Made by a program: the position numbers and the translations under genes. 64,000 nucleotides of DNA. Source: Candidatus Gastranaerophilales bacterium. Lineage in GTDB: Bacteria; Cyanobacteriota; Vampirovibrionia; Gastranaerophilales; Gastranaerophilaceae. How positions within the stretch are numbered: the first letter of the stretch is position 1; the number at the start of each line of letters is the position of its first letter. Of the stretch, positions 62,297 through 64,000 are shown one piece after another. Location of the stretch: positions 6,324 to 70,323 of the forward strand of contig CALUYW010000010.1 of NCBI GenBank assembly GCA_944325105.1. The letters run 5' to 3'. The notes under the pieces were generated by a model. That model had not been told where the DNA came from, ran no database searches, and saw only the letters and a list, made by a program, of their open reading frames with translations.

Positions 62297-63196
62297 ATGA
62301 AACACCTTATTGACATTAAACACCTTACAAATGATGAAATTCTTCAGATAACAGAGCTTGCCTCATATTATGAAGAACACGTACCCTATGGTACACAAAA
62401 GAAAAAGCAGGCAGGCTCGGTTGCACTTTTGTTTTTTGAAAACTCCACCCGCACGAGATTTTCTTTTGAAATGGCATCAAAAAAACTTGGTCTCAGTGCT
62501 TTTAACTTTGACGCGCAAAAATCTTCAATCCTAAAAGGTGAGGGGTTTTTTGATACACTGAACAATCTAAATGCCATAGGCTGCGATATAGCGGTTATAA
62601 GGCACTCTAAAGAGGGCTTTATTGAAGAGCTTGCAAAAAATGAGTACGCATACGGGCTTTCTTTGGTAAACGCGGGAGAAGGCAAGGCATCTCACCCGAC
62701 ACAGGCACTTTTGGATTTTTATACACTAAAAAAACACCTAAAAACCGTAGAGAACAAAAAAATTGTAATAGTAGGTGATATTATTCATTCTCGTGTGGCA
62801 AAGTCAAATATAGAGCTGCTAAATCGCTTTGGAGCGCATGTTGTGTGCTGCTCACCCAGCTACTTTGAAGACTGGACACTTACAAGCGCCAAGTATGAGC
62901 CTAACTTAAAAATAGCTCTAAAAGACGCCGATGCGGTTATGGGTTTAAGAATACAAAAAGAACGCATAGAAACCCGTGTCCCCTATGCTCAATATATTGA
63001 AGATTATCAAATAAACGAAACAAATCTGCCTCAAAGTGCCATTTTAATGCACCCGGGGCCTGTTAATCGCGATGTTGAAATTTCAGGCTCGCTTTTGGAT
63101 TCGGATAAGGGAAAAGTTATTATAGAGCAGGCAAGAAACGGCGTATTTGTCAGAATGGCGGTTTTAGACCTTATTTATGAGGGAGTAAAAAGATGA
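62297..63196 (+). CDS. pyrB: aspartate carbamoyltransferase catalytic subunit
   Basis: I start at ATG 62297, after the pyrE stop; the track start at 62279 is GTG. Motifs FFENSTRTRFSFE, HPTQALLD and HPGPVNR. Confidence 0.93.
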   Translation: MKHLIDIKHLTNDEILQITELASYYEEHVPYGTQKKKQAGSVALLFFENSTRTRFSFEMASKKLGLSAFNFDAQKSSILKGEGFFDTLNNLNAIGCDIAVIRHSKEGFIEELAKNEYAYGLSLVNAGEGKASHPTQALLDFYTLKKHLKTVENKKIVIVGDIIHSRVAKSNIELLNRFGAHVVCCSPSYFEDWTLTSAKYEPNLKIALKDADAVMGLRIQKERIETRVPYAQYIEDYQINETNLPQSAILMHPGPVNRDVEISGSLLDSDKGKVIIEQARNGVFVRMAVLDLIYEGVKR

Positions 63197-64000
63197 ATAT
63201 TGTAGAAATACCCTCGCTTGTTGATATGCACGTGCACTTGCGAGAAGTCGGGTATGAATACAAAGAAACAATTGAAACAGGACTAAACAGCGCATACAAA
63301 GGCGGTTTTGGCGCAGTTTGCGCTATGCCGAATACAAAGCCCGTTTGCGATAACCCTCAAACTCTTAATATTATTTTAGATAAAGCAAAAGGTCATAAAT
63401 GCCACCTGTATCAGGTTTGCGCTGTTACAAAAAACTTAAATACAAATGAGCTTGTTGATTTTGAAACTTTAAAAAATTCAGGCGCAATAGCTTTTTCAAA
63501 TGACGGTCTGCCCATATTAAACCACAGTGTATTTTATAATGCGCTTAAAAGCGAAAATTTAATACTTTCTCACTGTGAAGATGAAACAAAAGAAGTAAAA
63601 TGGCAGATTGATATTTTTGAAGAGCTTACAAGAGAGGGTAAAAATCCCCGTCTGCATTTTTGTCATATATCAAAAAAAGCAAGCCTTGATTTAATAAGAG
63701 CTGCAAAAAATCGCGGTTTAAAAATCACTTGCGAGAGCGCACCGCATTATTTTACTTTTACAAAAGAAAATGTTACGGATAACGGCATATATAAAATGAA
63801 TCCTCCGTTGGGAACTAAAGAGGATAGGCAGGCTGTAATTGATGCGATTTTAGATTCGACAATTGATGTTATAGCAACAGACCATGCGCCTCACAGTGTG
63901 GAAGAAAAACTCCTTCCATACAAAGACTCGCCAAACGGCATTGTAGGGCTTGAGTTTGCTTTTTCTCTTACTTATGAAAAATTCGGTCTTGATAAAACGC
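63193..64000 (+). CDS. pyrC: dihydroorotase (runs off right edge)
   Basis: The ATG at 63193 overlaps the pyrB stop (ATGA). My translation is MNIVEIPSLVDMHVHLREVGYEYKETIETG...AMPNTKP...ATDHAPH. No stop occurs before the window ends. Confidence 0.88.
   Translation, partial: MNIVEIPSLVDMHVHLREVGYEYKETIETGLNSAYKGGFGAVCAMPNTKPVCDNPQTLNIILDKAKGHKCHLYQVCAVTKNLNTNELVDFETLKNSGAIAFSNDGLPILNHSVFYNALKSENLILSHCEDETKEVKWQIDIFEELTREGKNPRLHFCHISKKASLDLIRAAKNRGLKITCESAPHYFTFTKENVTDNGIYKMNPPLGTKEDRQAVIDAILDSTIDVIATDHAPHSVEEKLLPYKDSPNGIVGLEFAFSLTYEKFGLDKT

Noticed and set aside
1-64000. Search for mobile elements, prophage remnants, defence islands, rRNA genes or CRISPR arrays.
   Set aside because: No transposase, integrase, recombinase, restriction, Cas, abortive-infection or toxin-like motifs were recognised in any ORF. 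The single tRNA is not flanked by repeats or an integrase. Composition looks uniform apart from the small island at 6.5 kb.

Overview
The window is a low-GC, gene-dense chromosomal segment, roughly 90% coding, from a diderm bacterium. It carries LPS export genes (lptB, lptF/G), a family-9 heptosyltransferase, an Skp/OmpH chaperone, an SLH-domain protein, flagellar genes (fliI, fliM, fliN) and type IV pilus genes (pilM-N fusion, pilO). That combination is compatible with a Melainabacteria- or Negativicutes-like lineage, but the taxon cannot be fixed from sequence alone. Most genes are housekeeping:
- proline and pyrimidine synthesis: a pyrF-ald-proB-proA operon and a separate pyrK-D-E-B-C operon;
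- a long translationally coupled C1 operon: MetE-like, CooC-like, folD, alr, gcvT, gcvH, gcvPA, plus two unusual genes;
- dnaN-thrB-skp-mnmG, thiG, gcvPB, queA, fabI, ilvD, glmU-prs-udg and a primary-like sigma factor.
There is one tRNA (Glu-UUC). I found no rRNA, CRISPR array, transposase, integrase or recognisable defence genes.
The items most worth follow-up are:
1. An activase-type (BcrAD/BadFG/HgdC-like) ATPase and a small two-lobed Cys-containing partner, fused by ATGA overlaps to the end of the gcv operon, where gcvPB would normally sit.
2. A short MetE-like Zn enzyme coupled to a CooC-like CXC ATPase at the head of the same operon.
3. A perfect sigma-28 promoter (TAAA-N15-GCCGATAA) driving an unknown 167-aa protein, and a weaker one upstream of a 130-aa protein.
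4. A GC-rich island with direct repeats, and an orphan terminator, in the 6.4-7.46 kb region that holds only one small gene.
5. A uORF-plus-terminator leader upstream of pyrK.
6. An XRE regulator with a 13-bp perfect palindrome overlapping a consensus divergent promoter.
7. A coiled-coil protein of about 1100 aa.
8. An OadG-like subunit, an ArsB/NhaD-type permease and a 33-aa membrane peptide in tandem.
All functional calls rest on my reading of motifs in the translated ORFs. No database search was run.
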